A DNA stretch of 64,000 nucleotides from an uncultured Peptostreptococcaceae bacterium (GTDB lineage: Bacteria; Bacillota; Clostridia; Peptostreptococcales; Acidaminobacteraceae). Under the pieces are notes generated by a model. It saw only the letters and a program-made list of their open reading frames with translations, was not told the DNA's origin and made no database searches. Position numbers and translations under genes: made by a program. This document shows, piece after piece, positions 53,385-63,966 of the stretch (position 1 is the stretch's first letter; every line of letters starts with the position of its first letter). The stretch is from the NCBI GenBank assembly GCA_964346475.1, contig CAYFUM010000002.1, positions 23,094 through 87,093 of the forward strand, in the 5' to 3' direction.

Positions 53385-55552
53385 CAGTCAAGGCTCCTTT
53401 GAATTTCTTTTATAATAAAGGTTTCTATAATGTCGCCCTCTTTAATATCATTATAGTTCTTAATGCCAATTCCGCATTCGTAACCAGTCTGGACCTGTCT
53501 AACATCATCCTTAAACCTCTTAAGAGATGAGACTTCTCCTTCGTGGATTACAATGCCGTCCCTTATAAGTCTAACCATCGAGGAACGGGAAATCTTTCCT
53601 CTCATTACATATCCCCCGGCAATGGTACCAACCCCGGGTACCTTAAAGGTCTCTCTGACCTCAATATTACCTTCAACAACTTCCTTTTGATCAGGGTCTA
53701 ACATGCCACTGAGAGCATCCCTAACGTCATTAATAATATCGTAGATAACCCTATAGGTCCTTATCTCTACGTTTTCCCTCTCAGCAACATTTTGTATGTT
53801 GTTGTCGGGTCTGACGTTAAAACCAAGAATTACCGCCTCACTGGCAGTAGCAAGGAGGATATCAGCTTCAGTTATAGCTCCTACCTGGGCCTTGATTATA
53901 TTTACCATGACCTCTTCGGTATTTATCTTTTCCAGGGATTGGCGTATAGCTTCAACTGAACCATGGACATCGGCCCTTAGAATTAAATTAAGGACCTTAG
54001 CTTCACCTTCACCCTCAGTCAATCCATCAAGGCTAGCTACAAATTTAGGCTGGCTAATTCTTTCAATTCTCTCCCTATCAGCATTTTTCTCTGCATAGAG
54101 TCTTGCTGTTTGGTCATCCTTGGTAACATAGATTTTTTCACCTGCCATGGGAATTTCGTTAAGGCCGGTTATTTCAAAGGCTGAAGAAGGACCGGCAGAT
54201 TTTAGTCTCTTACCCCTATCATCTATCATGGTCCTGATCCTACCATAGCTAGAACCTGCAAAGACATTGTCGCCTATACTCATACTTCCCTTTTCTAGCA
54301 GGACAGTAGCTGTGCTTCCCATGCGTCTGTCGACGTTGGCTTCAATTATTGTCCCTACTCCAGGTCGATGGGCGTTAGCCTTTAGTTCCAGGATTTCTGC
54401 AACAAGTAGCACCATCTCTAAAAGTCCTTCAACCCCCTCACCAGTTTTTGCCGAAACCTCCACAGCAATAACATCTCCACCCCAGTCTTCAACTAGTAAG
54501 CCGTGCTCAGTAAGTTCCTGCTTGACCCTTTCTGGGTTGGCAGTGGGTTTATCTATCTTATTAATAGCAACAATTATTGGCACTCCTGCAGCCTTAGCAT
54601 GGTGGATTGCCTCAACGGTCTGTGGTTTTACACCATCATCTGCTGCAACAACAAGAATTGCTATATCGGTTATCTGGGCTCCTCTAGCTCTTAGGGTTGT
54701 AAAGGCCTCATGGCCCGGGGTATCAAGGAAAACAATTTTCTTACCACTGACTATGATTTCACTAGCTCCGATGTGCTGGGTAATTCCCCCAGCCTCTTTC
54801 TTTGTAACCCTGGTATTGCGTATAGAGTCCAGCAGAGAAGTTTTACCATGGTCTACGTGGCCCATGACTGTAACCACAGGTGCCCGCTCCTCTAAATCTT
54901 TCTCATCATCATCAAAATCAAAGCGTTCTTCTTCAATTTCAGCAAGGCTCTGGGCCCTAACAAGATTTACTTCATATTCCATAGCAAGTAATTGAGCCTC
55001 ATCAAAGCTCAAATTAGAATTGATGTTGTACATCTCCCCCATGGCCATGAACTTAACAATAAGCTCAGAAGCTGGCTTGTTGAGCTTTTCAGCCAGTTCT
55101 CCCAGGGTTATGTGCTCCTCAATTTCAATTTCACTACCTGTCAAATCAACCGGCTTATCTTCCCTATCTTTTCTATAATCCGCCCTGGTCCCTCTTTTTC
55201 GCTTCTGCCAGTTTCTTTTAGGAGCTTCACTGTCTGCCTCAAGGCTTTGGACAGGTTTTTTTGCTTTACTAGAGGCTGGTTTTGCTGATTTCTTATCCTG
55301 TGGCTTGATCTTTTTTTCCTTAACTTTAGTTTTCTTACTATCTGGAGCCTTAGTTTGCTTCTTTTTCTCCTCGCTAGTCTCCTGGGAATCCAGCTCACCC
55401 TTTACAAAATCAATAAACTTCTGATGTTCTTCTTCATTTAAGGTACTCATGTGGTTAGCTACACTTATCCCAATAGCCTCTAATTTTACAATTAGATTCT
55501 TACTGGTCATCTTATATTCTTTTGCTAATTCATATACGCGTATTTTTCTCAA
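53384..55552 (-). CDS. infB: translation initiation factor IF-2
   Basis: 722 aa with N-terminus MRKIRVYELAKEY, a Lys-rich linker and a G domain GHVDHGKTSLLD / DTPGHEAF / NKID. Confidence 0.97.
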   Translation of the reverse strand: MRKIRVYELAKEYKMTSKNLIVKLEAIGISVANHMSTLNEEEHQKFIDFVKGELDSQETSEEKKKQTKAPDSKKTKVKEKKIKPQDKKSAKPASSKAKKPVQSLEADSEAPKRNWQKRKRGTRADYRKDREDKPVDLTGSEIEIEEHITLGELAEKLNKPASELIVKFMAMGEMYNINSNLSFDEAQLLAMEYEVNLVRAQSLAEIEEERFDFDDDEKDLEERAPVVTVMGHVDHGKTSLLDSIRNTRVTKKEAGGITQHIGASEIIVSGKKIVFLDTPGHEAFTTLRARGAQITDIAILVVAADDGVKPQTVEAIHHAKAAGVPIIVAINKIDKPTANPERVKQELTEHGLLVEDWGGDVIAVEVSAKTGEGVEGLLEMVLLVAEILELKANAHRPGVGTIIEANVDRRMGSTATVLLEKGSMSIGDNVFAGSSYGRIRTMIDDRGKRLKSAGPSSAFEITGLNEIPMAGEKIYVTKDDQTARLYAEKNADRERIERISQPKFVASLDGLTEGEGEAKVLNLILRADVHGSVEAIRQSLEKINTEEVMVNIIKAQVGAITEADILLATASEAVILGFNVRPDNNIQNVAERENVEIRTYRVIYDIINDVRDALSGMLDPDQKEVVEGNIEVRETFKVPGVGTIAGGYVMRGKISRSSMVRLIRDGIVIHEGEVSSLKRFKDDVRQVQTGYECGIGIKNYNDIKEGDIIETFIIKEIQRSLD

Positions 55553-55556
55553 AGAA

Positions 55557-55871
55557 TCACCTCCTAGATATCTCCTTGATCATCGCTTCAGCCAATTTCC
55601 CCTTCTTGACTCCAAAAACATGTCTGTCGCTGACACCTATGGTCTTCGACATCTTTTCTGATGGTCCAAGCACCAGACCCTCAACATTTCCTGGAAATAG
55701 AAAATCAGCAATTGTTTTCTTACTACATTCTTCAGAAAAAAGAAGAAGTTCTAAACTGCCTTCTCCCAGGGCTTTTTTAGTTGCAAAACTTCCCGATACA
55801 ATCTTACCTGATTTTGCTGCAAAGCCCATAAAGGAGTAGATCTTAGTTTTCCATAATTCTTCGGAGTTCAT
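55557..55871 (-). CDS. ylxQ: L7Ae-family RNA-binding protein (YlxQ-like)
   Basis: About 100 aa with GFAAKSGKIVSG, typical of the L7Ae/L30e-like protein between ylxR and infB. The start may be 55871 or the internal ATG at 55829. Confidence 0.75.
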   Translation of the reverse strand: MNSEELWKTKIYSFMGFAAKSGKIVSGSFATKKALGEGSLELLLFSEECSKKTIADFLFPGNVEGLVLGPSEKMSKTIGVSDRHVFGVKKGKLAEAMIKEISRR

Positions 55872-56106
55872 CTATAACCTCCTGATTCAGCTGGGTTTTT
55901 AAACCTCTGTGTAAACTCTTTTCCTTAAGAGCTCTATCAAGACAAGTAGTGTCTTTACAAAGGTAGGCCCCCCTGCCGTTTTGTTTCCCCGTGGGATCAA
56001 CAAAAACATCTCCCTCTTTATTTCTTACAATCCTTATAAGATCCCTCTTTTCCCGGTGCTCACCACAGGCAACACACCTTCTCAGGGGACTCTTACGCTT
56101 CTTCAT
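55843..56106 (-). CDS. ylxR: YlxR/RnpM (DUF448) RNA-binding protein
   Basis: 87 aa with PLRRCVACGEHREKRDLIRIV and GRGAYLC blocks. It lies immediately after nusA. Confidence 0.88.
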   Translation of the reverse strand: MKKRKSPLRRCVACGEHREKRDLIRIVRNKEGDVFVDPTGKQNGRGAYLCKDTTCLDRALKEKSLHRGLKTQLNQEVIDELRRIMEN

Positions 56107-57193
56107 TATCTAATCTCTCCTGATCTTGAGTCTCACTTAAAATATCTATTCTGCGATCAGTTAACTTAGCAGCCAGTCTGGCGTTTTGACCTTCCTTACC
56201 TATGGCTAGGGACAACTGGTAGTCAGGTACTATTACCTCGGCATTTCTATCACTGAGTATTCTTACCTTGGTGACCTTGGCAGGACTTAGGGCATTTTCA
56301 ATAAACTTTTCCAAATCCTCGGTATATTCAACAATATCAATTTTTTCTCCACCCAGTTCATCGACTATGTGGGCCACCCTACTACCCTTGGGACCGACAC
56401 AGGCTCCCACTGGATCTAGTCCTTCCCTGCCTGCTTGAACTGCGATTTTTGTCCTGCTGCCGGCTTCTCTTGCTATAGATTTAATTAGGACGTCACCTTC
56501 CATAATCTCAGGGACCTCCAGCTCAAAGAGTCGTCTAACCAGGCCTGGATGAGTTCTTGAAAGAATAATCTCTAGGCCTTTTTTTCCCTTGACATCCCTG
56601 GGGGTTTTCCCCTGCTCAAGACCCATGCGTTTTTCGTCCTTGACCTCAACTATATAGCTTCTAAACCTATCACCAACTCTATAGCGCTCCCCAGGAATCT
56701 GCTCCTTGGGAGGCATCATGGCTTCGGCCTTGCCAAGGTTAAAGTAAACAACACCATTGTTTATCCTTTGGACTTGTGAATATATTAGCTCCTGCTCTCT
56801 ACTCTTGTACTCATCGTAGACACTGGAGCGCTCTGCTTCTCTAATCCTCTGGACTACCACCTGCTTTGCAGCAAGGGCCGCTACTCTTCCAAAATCCTTG
56901 GGGGTTTCTTCTTTTTCAACTATGTCATCAATTTCATAGATAGGGCTTATTTTTTGAGCTTCTTCAAGGCTAATCTCTATATCAGAGTCTTCTACTTCTT
57001 CAACCACATTATATTGTGAGTAAACTAGAATTTCTCCACTTTCTCTATTTATACCTACCCTAGCCTGACGGTTTTTACCAAAGTTTTTCCTATAGGCTGT
57101 AAGAAGCGCAGCCTCGATAGACTCAAACAAAGTCTCTATGGCTATTTCCTTTTCCTTAGCTATAGTCTTTACAGCATCAATAATATTATCCAT
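56093..57193 (-). CDS. nusA: transcription termination/antitermination factor NusA
   Basis: 366 aa with an N-terminal domain, an S1 domain and two KH domains (GACVGPKGSRV, AIGKEGQNARLA). Confidence 0.95.
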   Translation of the reverse strand: MDNIIDAVKTIAKEKEIAIETLFESIEAALLTAYRKNFGKNRQARVGINRESGEILVYSQYNVVEEVEDSDIEISLEEAQKISPIYEIDDIVEKEETPKDFGRVAALAAKQVVVQRIREAERSSVYDEYKSREQELIYSQVQRINNGVVYFNLGKAEAMMPPKEQIPGERYRVGDRFRSYIVEVKDEKRMGLEQGKTPRDVKGKKGLEIILSRTHPGLVRRLFELEVPEIMEGDVLIKSIAREAGSRTKIAVQAGREGLDPVGACVGPKGSRVAHIVDELGGEKIDIVEYTEDLEKFIENALSPAKVTKVRILSDRNAEVIVPDYQLSLAIGKEGQNARLAAKLTDRRIDILSETQDQERLDNEEA

Positions 57194-57200
57194 TTTTACC

Positions 57201-57662
57201 TCAAAATTCTACAACATTCCTTGCCCTGGAAATAAGAGCCAGGGGAATATCAATTTCCTTTTTACTACAATCATCCAAGATTTTTAGAAACTCATCTCCC
57301 TTAGTGAGGAGCTTACCCTTGATTTGTTTTTGCCCCTCTAAAGTGGTAAAAAGATTGACCTGTATCTTACTGCCCACATATTTCTGAAAATGTCTGTCTG
57401 TCTTTAAGATACGTTCAATCCCAGGTGAACTTACCTCCAGGAAATACTGTTCCTTTATTGGATCTTTTTTATCCAAGGCCTCGCTTAGAAACTTACTTAC
57501 AAGCTCACATTGCTCCAGGCTAACTCCACTATCAGAATCTATAAAAACTCTCAAATATCTATGGGGGCCTTCTTTAACAAAGGACAAATCATAAAGTTCT
57601 AAATCCTTAGAAGTTAAAAAGGGCTTAAGTATATCTTCTACAGTAGCACTAACACTTTTCAT
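57201..57662 (-). CDS. rimP: ribosome maturation factor RimP
   Basis: About 153 aa from MKSVSATVEDILKP (ATG 57662) with LEVSSPGIER. The track ORF has a 23-codon N-extension. Confidence 0.88.
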   Translation of the reverse strand: MKSVSATVEDILKPFLTSKDLELYDLSFVKEGPHRYLRVFIDSDSGVSLEQCELVSKFLSEALDKKDPIKEQYFLEVSSPGIERILKTDRHFQKYVGSKIQVNLFTTLEGQKQIKGKLLTKGDEFLKILDDCSKKEIDIPLALISRARNVVEF

Positions 57663-57769
57663 AATAACCTCCTTTATCCATATTAATAACGAAAGAGTGG
57701 GGTCCCCACTCTTCCGCAACATTTCATCCATACAATCATAACATAATAAAGCTTAAATTTCAAGGGAAT

Positions 57770-60700
57770 TTACAGGAAGTCAAAAAGGCTAATCTGGTTA
57801 CTTTCCTGCATATCTTCAAGACATCCCAGGTTCTTAAGGCCTTCAATAGCGGTTTTGTTTAGTTTGGCCCTGGTCTGAAGGTCTTCAATGCTAATAAAGA
57901 CCTGGGAGCGCTCCCTAACAATAGACATAGCCGCATTTAGGCCCAGACCGCTGACGCTTCTTAGAGGTGGTAAAATCCTATTGTCCTCTATCAGAAACTT
58001 CCAGGCATGGGATTTATATATATCCACCGGTGCAAAGTCCAGCCCTCTGGCATACATCTCATAAACAACCTCCATAAGGCCGAAATAATCCTGGTCCTTT
58101 TTTGTCATGTCATTATTAAAGTCTACTGTATTTAAATAGTTTAATACGCCTTCTATTCCTCTGGTCATGCTTTGAGCATCAAAATCCTCTACCTTGGTTG
58201 AGAAATATGATGCGTAAAAAGCCAGGGGATGGAAAAGCTTATAGTAGGCTATCCTAAAACTCATCAAAACATAGGCTACAGCGTGGGCCTTAGGGAACAT
58301 ATAGGAGATGCGATTACAGGAATTTAAATACCACTGGGGGACCTTGACCTTTTGCATAATATCCAGATCCTCTTCACTGAGCCCCCTGCCCTTTCGAACC
58401 CTTTCCATGATGTTAAAAGCCTGGTCTCTGGGTATACCCATTTGTATACCGTAGACCATTATCTGCTCTCTGGTGGCTATTACATCTTTGATTGTGATAG
58501 TGCCTTCTCTAACCAAATCCTGGGCATTATTTATCCACACATTGGTTCCATGGCTTAGGCCCGATATTCTAACTAGATCCGATAGGTTCTCTGGTTTAGT
58601 ATCCTCCAGCATACTTCTTACAAAGCTGGTACCAAATTCAGGTATACCTAGAGTACCCTTTTTTAAATCATATCGCCTATCCTTTAGACCAAGGCCTTCA
58701 GTTGAGTTAAAGATGCTCAGTATTTCCTTATCATCAAACCTGACCTGGGAGCTATCAACCCCAGTCATCTTTTCTAAATCATGAATAAGACTGGGCACAT
58801 CATGGCCTAGGATATCTAACTTAAGAAGTTTTCCTTGGAGGGCATCATAGTCAAAGTGGGTAGTTATAACTCCACTACTAGGATCATTGGCAGGATACTG
58901 TATTGGAGTAAAGTTATAGATACTCTGGTCCTGGGGAAGAACTATAATTCCCCCAGGGTGTTGACCAGTGCTTCTTCTTACTCCCGTTATTTTTTTTACA
59001 ATCCTATTAATCTCCCGGGATGAGATATCCTCTTCATTTTTTTCATAGAAGTTCATAATATAGCCATAGGCAGTCTTCTGTGCGATTTTACTTACAGTAC
59101 CTGCTTTAAATACATGGCCAGCTCCGAAGAGCTCCTCGGTATATTTATGGATATCACCTTGAATATTTGGTGCAAAGTTCAGGTCAATATCAGGTTCCTT
59201 ATTACCTTCAAATCCCATAAAGGACTCAAAGGGTATATTAAAACCGTCCTTTTTAAGCTGGACTCCACAGGCGGGACATAGCTTGTCTGGCATGTCGTAA
59301 CCATTATCATAAAGAGGCTGGTCAGAGAACTCGCTATACTGACATTTTTCACAGTAGTAGTGGGGTGGCAGAGGGTTTACCTCAGTTATACCCGCCATGG
59401 TGGCAGCAAAGGAGGAACCTACTGAACCCCTACTACCCACTAGATAGCCCGACTCCAGGGATCTTTTAACGAGTTTTTCAGCAATTATATAAAGGACTGA
59501 AAAACCATTATTTATAATAGAATCTAGCTCATAGTCCAGTCTGGTCTTCACCAGCTCTGGTAGTGGTTTACCATACTTATTCTCTGCCCTATGGTAACAT
59601 TTATCTCTTAATTCACTGTCGCTACCCTCAATCTTTGGGGGAAAGGTCCCCTTAGGAAGAGGTTCAATTATAGAAACCATATCAGCGATTTTGTTGCTAT
59701 TGTCAATCACAACTTCCTCGGCTCTATCCCCAAGATGGCTAAATTCAGCCAGCATTTCTTCTGTAGTTCTAAAGAAATGATTAGCCTTATCCTCCAGAGA
59801 AAGATTTTTGTTTTGCCCTGACCTTACAATATTTCTATAAAGGTAACCATCCTCATCAAGATATCGTACATCCCCGGTAGCAACAACATCTATAGAACTT
59901 ATCTCCCCCAATTCTAAAATTCTCTCGTGGATCTCCTTGGCATCCTCCAAGTTTTTTATACTCTGGTTTTTTAAATATCTACTGTATTGACCCAAAGGCT
60001 GGATTTCTAAATAATCATAAATTTTTATAAATTCTAATATTTCATCCTGGGGCGTACACATAATTATATTGTCCACCAGCCAGCCATCACTGCCACTGCT
60101 ACCTAGAATAAAATTATCTCTAAACTGGTCAAGAAGACTTCTAGGAACCAAGGGCTGGTTGTATTCTAGATAGTTTAAGCTTGAAATACTAGCCATTTCA
60201 TAGAGCTTTTTAAGGGACTGGGTGTCCCTGGCCAACACACTCATGGTATACTTTCTGGAAGCAGATATATAGTAGTCATTATCAACAAGACTGTTAATCT
60301 CATCAAAGCTTTCAATGCCCTGGTTTTCTAGTCTTCTGAGAAATTCAAGGAAAATTTTACCACAGACCAGGGCGTCATCCAGTGCCCTGTGATGCTCTTC
60401 CTGGCTTATTTTAAGTTTTCTTGCTACCTGGTTTAATCGGTGTCTTTTAATATCCCTCAGTAATAGCCTGCTCAGGGCCAGAGTATCTACTCCCCTGGGA
60501 GTAAATTCATAGCCCAAAGAATCTGCAGCTCTTTTTATAAAGCCACTATCAAAGTTAAGATTATGGCCAACAATAGGGCTGTCTCCAATAAAGTTCATAA
60601 AGTCTCCAAAGACTTCTTCAAGTCTTGGAGCACTGGCCACCATATCATTACCTATCCCTGTAATCTCAGTTATATGATAGGGAATTCTCTGCCTGGGCTT

Positions 60701-61936
60701 TACAAGTGTCTGATAGCTATCAACTATTTGGAAGTTCTGTATCTTAACAGCTCCAATTTCAATTATCTCATCCCTATCGTTTCTTAGGCCTGTTGTCTCT
60801 AGGTCTAGAGCTACAAAGCTATCGTGAAATCCATGACCCTCTAAATCCACCACCTTTTTCTTGTCATCATAGTAGAGGATTTCCATGCCATAGAGGATTT
60901 TCAAATCTTCCTTTTGAGCCCATTCCAAGGCTTTGGGATAGCTATGCAGGGTTGCAAGATCGGTAATTGCCAGAGCTTTATGACCCCAGGCTTTGGCTCT
61001 TTTTATATACTCCTCTATTTCAGTAATACCATCAATCTCACTCATAGAAGTATGTAGGTGTAACTCAACCCTCTTATTTAAAGAGCTATCCATTCTAACT
61101 TCAGGACTGGGAGCCCTATTAATCCTTGTAGGAAAAATAACCATCTCCCTACTGTAGGAGTCAAAATTCAAATTACCCTGAAGGGTATAGTGGTTTCCCT
61201 CGCTTAATAGCTGATCTAAAACTTCCTCATCCTTGCCATCACAAAAAAACTTGCACCCCAGGGAATCGCTTCCGTCGTAAATGGACAGATCAATTAGCTT
61301 CTTACCACTTCTAAGTTCTCTTTTTTCAATTTCAAATAGTTCTCCCTGGATGGCTACCCTAGTTCCCTGCTCATCCTTTAAAATATCTGAAATTTTGATA
61401 ATGGGCCCCTTAATCTTCTGGAGGTATTTATGAGGTTTTTTAGTAGGTTTATCAGTCTTTTTTACAGGAGCTTGAGAGGATTCCTTGACTAACTTTCTAA
61501 GTTCCTCATCAAGGGAGAGATCAAATTCCTCTCTATCATCCTTAGGTGTAATTTCCAAGCTATACCCCTCAAACCATAGCATCAAGTGCTCCTCAAGAAA
61601 AGAAAACTGATTTTCTAAAAATGATTTGTCACTGCTAGAAAGGATCAGATGTCTGTCATCAAAATCATAGGAGAGGTCCTGTGGCAGCTTCATAATCTTC
61701 TCATCCAGAAAGCCCTTAACATCTAAAAAAAGCTCCTCTAAAGGGGCCATTTTAAATATAACCAGATCAACTTCAAGGCCTAGGCTTGAGGACAGTTCCT
61801 CCACTGCCCTGTCCCTGGCCTCTACTTTTTCGACTAGGGCATAGAGGGTAAGTCTACTTTTTTCCTCTTCAAGGACAGCCCTTTTAAGGGAATAATCCCC
61901 AAAATAGGTTTTTAGCTTGTCTTCTAAACTAATCAT
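57770..61936 (-). CDS. polC: DNA polymerase III alpha subunit, PolC type
   Basis: 1388 aa with a PHP start (VELHLHTSMS), an inserted DEDD 3'-5' exonuclease (FVALDLETTGL..HRALDDA), a Zn finger (CEKC..CPAC) and the polymerase core. Confidence 0.97.
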   Translation of the reverse strand: MISLEDKLKTYFGDYSLKRAVLEEEKSRLTLYALVEKVEARDRAVEELSSSLGLEVDLVIFKMAPLEELFLDVKGFLDEKIMKLPQDLSYDFDDRHLILSSSDKSFLENQFSFLEEHLMLWFEGYSLEITPKDDREEFDLSLDEELRKLVKESSQAPVKKTDKPTKKPHKYLQKIKGPIIKISDILKDEQGTRVAIQGELFEIEKRELRSGKKLIDLSIYDGSDSLGCKFFCDGKDEEVLDQLLSEGNHYTLQGNLNFDSYSREMVIFPTRINRAPSPEVRMDSSLNKRVELHLHTSMSEIDGITEIEEYIKRAKAWGHKALAITDLATLHSYPKALEWAQKEDLKILYGMEILYYDDKKKVVDLEGHGFHDSFVALDLETTGLRNDRDEIIEIGAVKIQNFQIVDSYQTLVKPRQRIPYHITEITGIGNDMVASAPRLEEVFGDFMNFIGDSPIVGHNLNFDSGFIKRAADSLGYEFTPRGVDTLALSRLLLRDIKRHRLNQVARKLKISQEEHHRALDDALVCGKIFLEFLRRLENQGIESFDEINSLVDNDYYISASRKYTMSVLARDTQSLKKLYEMASISSLNYLEYNQPLVPRSLLDQFRDNFILGSSGSDGWLVDNIIMCTPQDEILEFIKIYDYLEIQPLGQYSRYLKNQSIKNLEDAKEIHERILELGEISSIDVVATGDVRYLDEDGYLYRNIVRSGQNKNLSLEDKANHFFRTTEEMLAEFSHLGDRAEEVVIDNSNKIADMVSIIEPLPKGTFPPKIEGSDSELRDKCYHRAENKYGKPLPELVKTRLDYELDSIINNGFSVLYIIAEKLVKRSLESGYLVGSRGSVGSSFAATMAGITEVNPLPPHYYCEKCQYSEFSDQPLYDNGYDMPDKLCPACGVQLKKDGFNIPFESFMGFEGNKEPDIDLNFAPNIQGDIHKYTEELFGAGHVFKAGTVSKIAQKTAYGYIMNFYEKNEEDISSREINRIVKKITGVRRSTGQHPGGIIVLPQDQSIYNFTPIQYPANDPSSGVITTHFDYDALQGKLLKLDILGHDVPSLIHDLEKMTGVDSSQVRFDDKEILSIFNSTEGLGLKDRRYDLKKGTLGIPEFGTSFVRSMLEDTKPENLSDLVRISGLSHGTNVWINNAQDLVREGTITIKDVIATREQIMVYGIQMGIPRDQAFNIMERVRKGRGLSEEDLDIMQKVKVPQWYLNSCNRISYMFPKAHAVAYVLMSFRIAYYKLFHPLAFYASYFSTKVEDFDAQSMTRGIEGVLNYLNTVDFNNDMTKKDQDYFGLMEVVYEMYARGLDFAPVDIYKSHAWKFLIEDNRILPPLRSVSGLGLNAAMSIVRERSQVFISIEDLQTRAKLNKTAIEGLKNLGCLEDMQESNQISLFDFL

Positions 61937-62981
61937 CCTTGATCATCCCTTCTACTTCCATCATAAGTCTATCATAGAGGTCTTCTTCCCTGACCTTCTC
62001 TATGATATTGCCCTTTTTAAAGAGCAGGCCTGAATTTTTCCCACCGGCTATGCCTAAATCTGCCTCTCTGGCTTCTCCGGGACCATTAACCCCACAACCC
62101 ATAATAGCTATAGTTAGGTCCTTATCTATACCCTTTAGATCTCTACTTACCCTGGAAGCCAGCTCAGCCAGGTCCATTTCACATCTACCACAGGTGGGAC
62201 AACTGATAACATTTACACCACTGCGAAGGCCAAGTACCTTTAGGATTTCCTTGGCAACAGGTATCTCCTGCATAGGGTCACCAGTTATGGAAACCCTGAG
62301 GGTATCTCCAAAGCCCTTTAAAAGCAAGCTACCTATTCCTATTGAGGACTTTATTACTGCACTTTCATAAACCCCAGCCTCTGTAACACCCAAGTGTAGG
62401 GGATAGTCAAAGTTTTTGGCAAGTTCTTCATTAACCTCTACATTGAGTCTAACATCACTGGCCTTAGCCGAAAGTACTATTTTTTCAAAGCCTCTGGATT
62501 CAAAGTGGGAGACGTATTTTTTCATACTCTCCAACATGGCCTTTGTGCTTACTCCATACTTATCAAGAAATTCCTTTTCTAGACTTCCGGAGTTTATCCC
62601 TATCCTAATAGCTGCGTCCTTGGCCTTGGCAAGCTCAATAATCTCATCCAGGGCCTTCAAGGGCATATTACCTGGATTGATCCTGATCTTATCTGCACCG
62701 GCCTCCAGGGCATAAATCGCCATTTTAGGATCAAAATGAATATCTGCTACTAAGGGTATATTTATCTGCTCTTTAATCTGACCAATAGCCTGGGCTGCCA
62801 ACTTATTATTAGCTGTAACCCTGATGATCTCACAACCTAGCCCCTCAAGCTCCAAGATTTGAGCCACTGTGTTCTTTACATCTTCAGTCTTAGTGGTTGT
62901 CATCGACTGTATAGCAAGGGGAAAGCCCCCTCCAATAATTACATTTCCAATTTTAACCGCTCTTGTCATAGCATAATCCAT
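61929..62981 (-). CDS. ispG: 4-hydroxy-3-methylbut-2-en-1-yl diphosphate synthase (flavodoxin/ferredoxin)
   Basis: 350 aa with IGGGFPLAIQSMT and the cluster cysteines in SCPTCGRC and GCGVNGPGE. The start is ATG 62981 or 62969. Confidence 0.93.
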   Translation of the reverse strand: MDYAMTRAVKIGNVIIGGGFPLAIQSMTTTKTEDVKNTVAQILELEGLGCEIIRVTANNKLAAQAIGQIKEQINIPLVADIHFDPKMAIYALEAGADKIRINPGNMPLKALDEIIELAKAKDAAIRIGINSGSLEKEFLDKYGVSTKAMLESMKKYVSHFESRGFEKIVLSAKASDVRLNVEVNEELAKNFDYPLHLGVTEAGVYESAVIKSSIGIGSLLLKGFGDTLRVSITGDPMQEIPVAKEILKVLGLRSGVNVISCPTCGRCEMDLAELASRVSRDLKGIDKDLTIAIMGCGVNGPGEAREADLGIAGGKNSGLLFKKGNIIEKVREEDLYDRLMMEVEGMIKDD

Positions 62982-63964
62982 TTCTGTATATCTAAATAGG
63001 TAACAAATACCATGAGTAACATCAAAAATATAAAGCCCACCAAATGTATCAGTCCCTCCTTGTCAGGATCCAGTGGTTTTTTCCTAATTATTTCAAGGAT
63101 AATAAAAATCAGCCTCCCTCCATCTAAAGCTGGAACAGGAAGTAGGTTCATAACACCAAGGTTCATGCTGAAAAAGGCTGTGAAAAATATTACAGTGTAA
63201 AAGCCTGCTTTAGTAACCTCATCTACTAACTTGACAAGTCCCAGAGGGCCTGCAACATCCTCTGCACTCACCTGACCTCTGAAAAGCTGGGAAAAGAAGG
63301 TAAAGAAACTCTTAAAAATCATTATTATCTGAGCTAGGGAGTATTTTACTGCCCCTAGGAAGCTTTTTTCAGTTCCCTGCATAACCCCTATTATCTTTCG
63401 TCCTTCACTAAGCTCAGGGGTTAGACTATAAACCTCTTTATTACCCTGGTGTTTTAGCACTTGAAGGGTAATCTCTCCTTGGCTCGCACCAATTTTCGCC
63501 ACCATATCTTCCCAGTTTTTTACCCTGGAACCATTTATTTCAACTATCCTATCCCCAGCTTCAATACCAGCCGCTTGAGCTGGTCCCTCCATAACTTGAG
63601 AAATATTAAGGCTAGGAACACCGGTCATGGTATTTAGGGTCAAAAAGAGGATAAGTGCCAGGATGAAATTCATAATAGGGCCTGCGATAATTATACTAAA
63701 ACGCTGCCAAGGGCTCTTATTGCTAAAGGAGCCTGAATTATCACTGGATTCATCCTCTCCTTCCATTTTGCAAAATCCGCCCAGGGGAAGAATCCTGAGG
63801 GAATACTGGGTATCTCCCCTAGTCCTAGAAAATAGAACCGGCCCCATGCCCAGGGCAAATTCATTTACCCTTACTCCATGCCTTCTAGCCATAATAAAAT
63901 GTCCCATTTCATGAAAGAAGACAATTAGATTAAATATTATAATAAAATTAATAAAGGTTTGCAT
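62966..63964 (-). CDS. rseP: RIP metalloprotease RseP/RasP (M50 site-2 protease)
   Basis: 332 aa with the HEMGHF zinc motif in TM1, a PDZ domain (AGIEAGDRIVEING) and the NLLPVPALDGG motif. Confidence 0.9.
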   Translation of the reverse strand: MQTFINFIIIFNLIVFFHEMGHFIMARRHGVRVNEFALGMGPVLFSRTRGDTQYSLRILPLGGFCKMEGEDESSDNSGSFSNKSPWQRFSIIIAGPIMNFILALILFLTLNTMTGVPSLNISQVMEGPAQAAGIEAGDRIVEINGSRVKNWEDMVAKIGASQGEITLQVLKHQGNKEVYSLTPELSEGRKIIGVMQGTEKSFLGAVKYSLAQIIMIFKSFFTFFSQLFRGQVSAEDVAGPLGLVKLVDEVTKAGFYTVIFFTAFFSMNLGVMNLLPVPALDGGRLIFIILEIIRKKPLDPDKEGLIHLVGFIFLMLLMVFVTYLDIQKWIML

Positions 63965-63966
63965 TT

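Noticed and set aside
55141-55398. 85-aa very basic same-strand ORF inside infB (..RRLARRKRSKLRLQIVRKLKLRKKR..).
   Set aside because: It is an alternative frame of the Lys/Glu-rich IF-2 linker, and its composition follows from the A/G-rich codons. It has no RBS or independent support. The same reasoning applies to 21510-21707 (inside mltG) and 28723-28923 (inside alaS).
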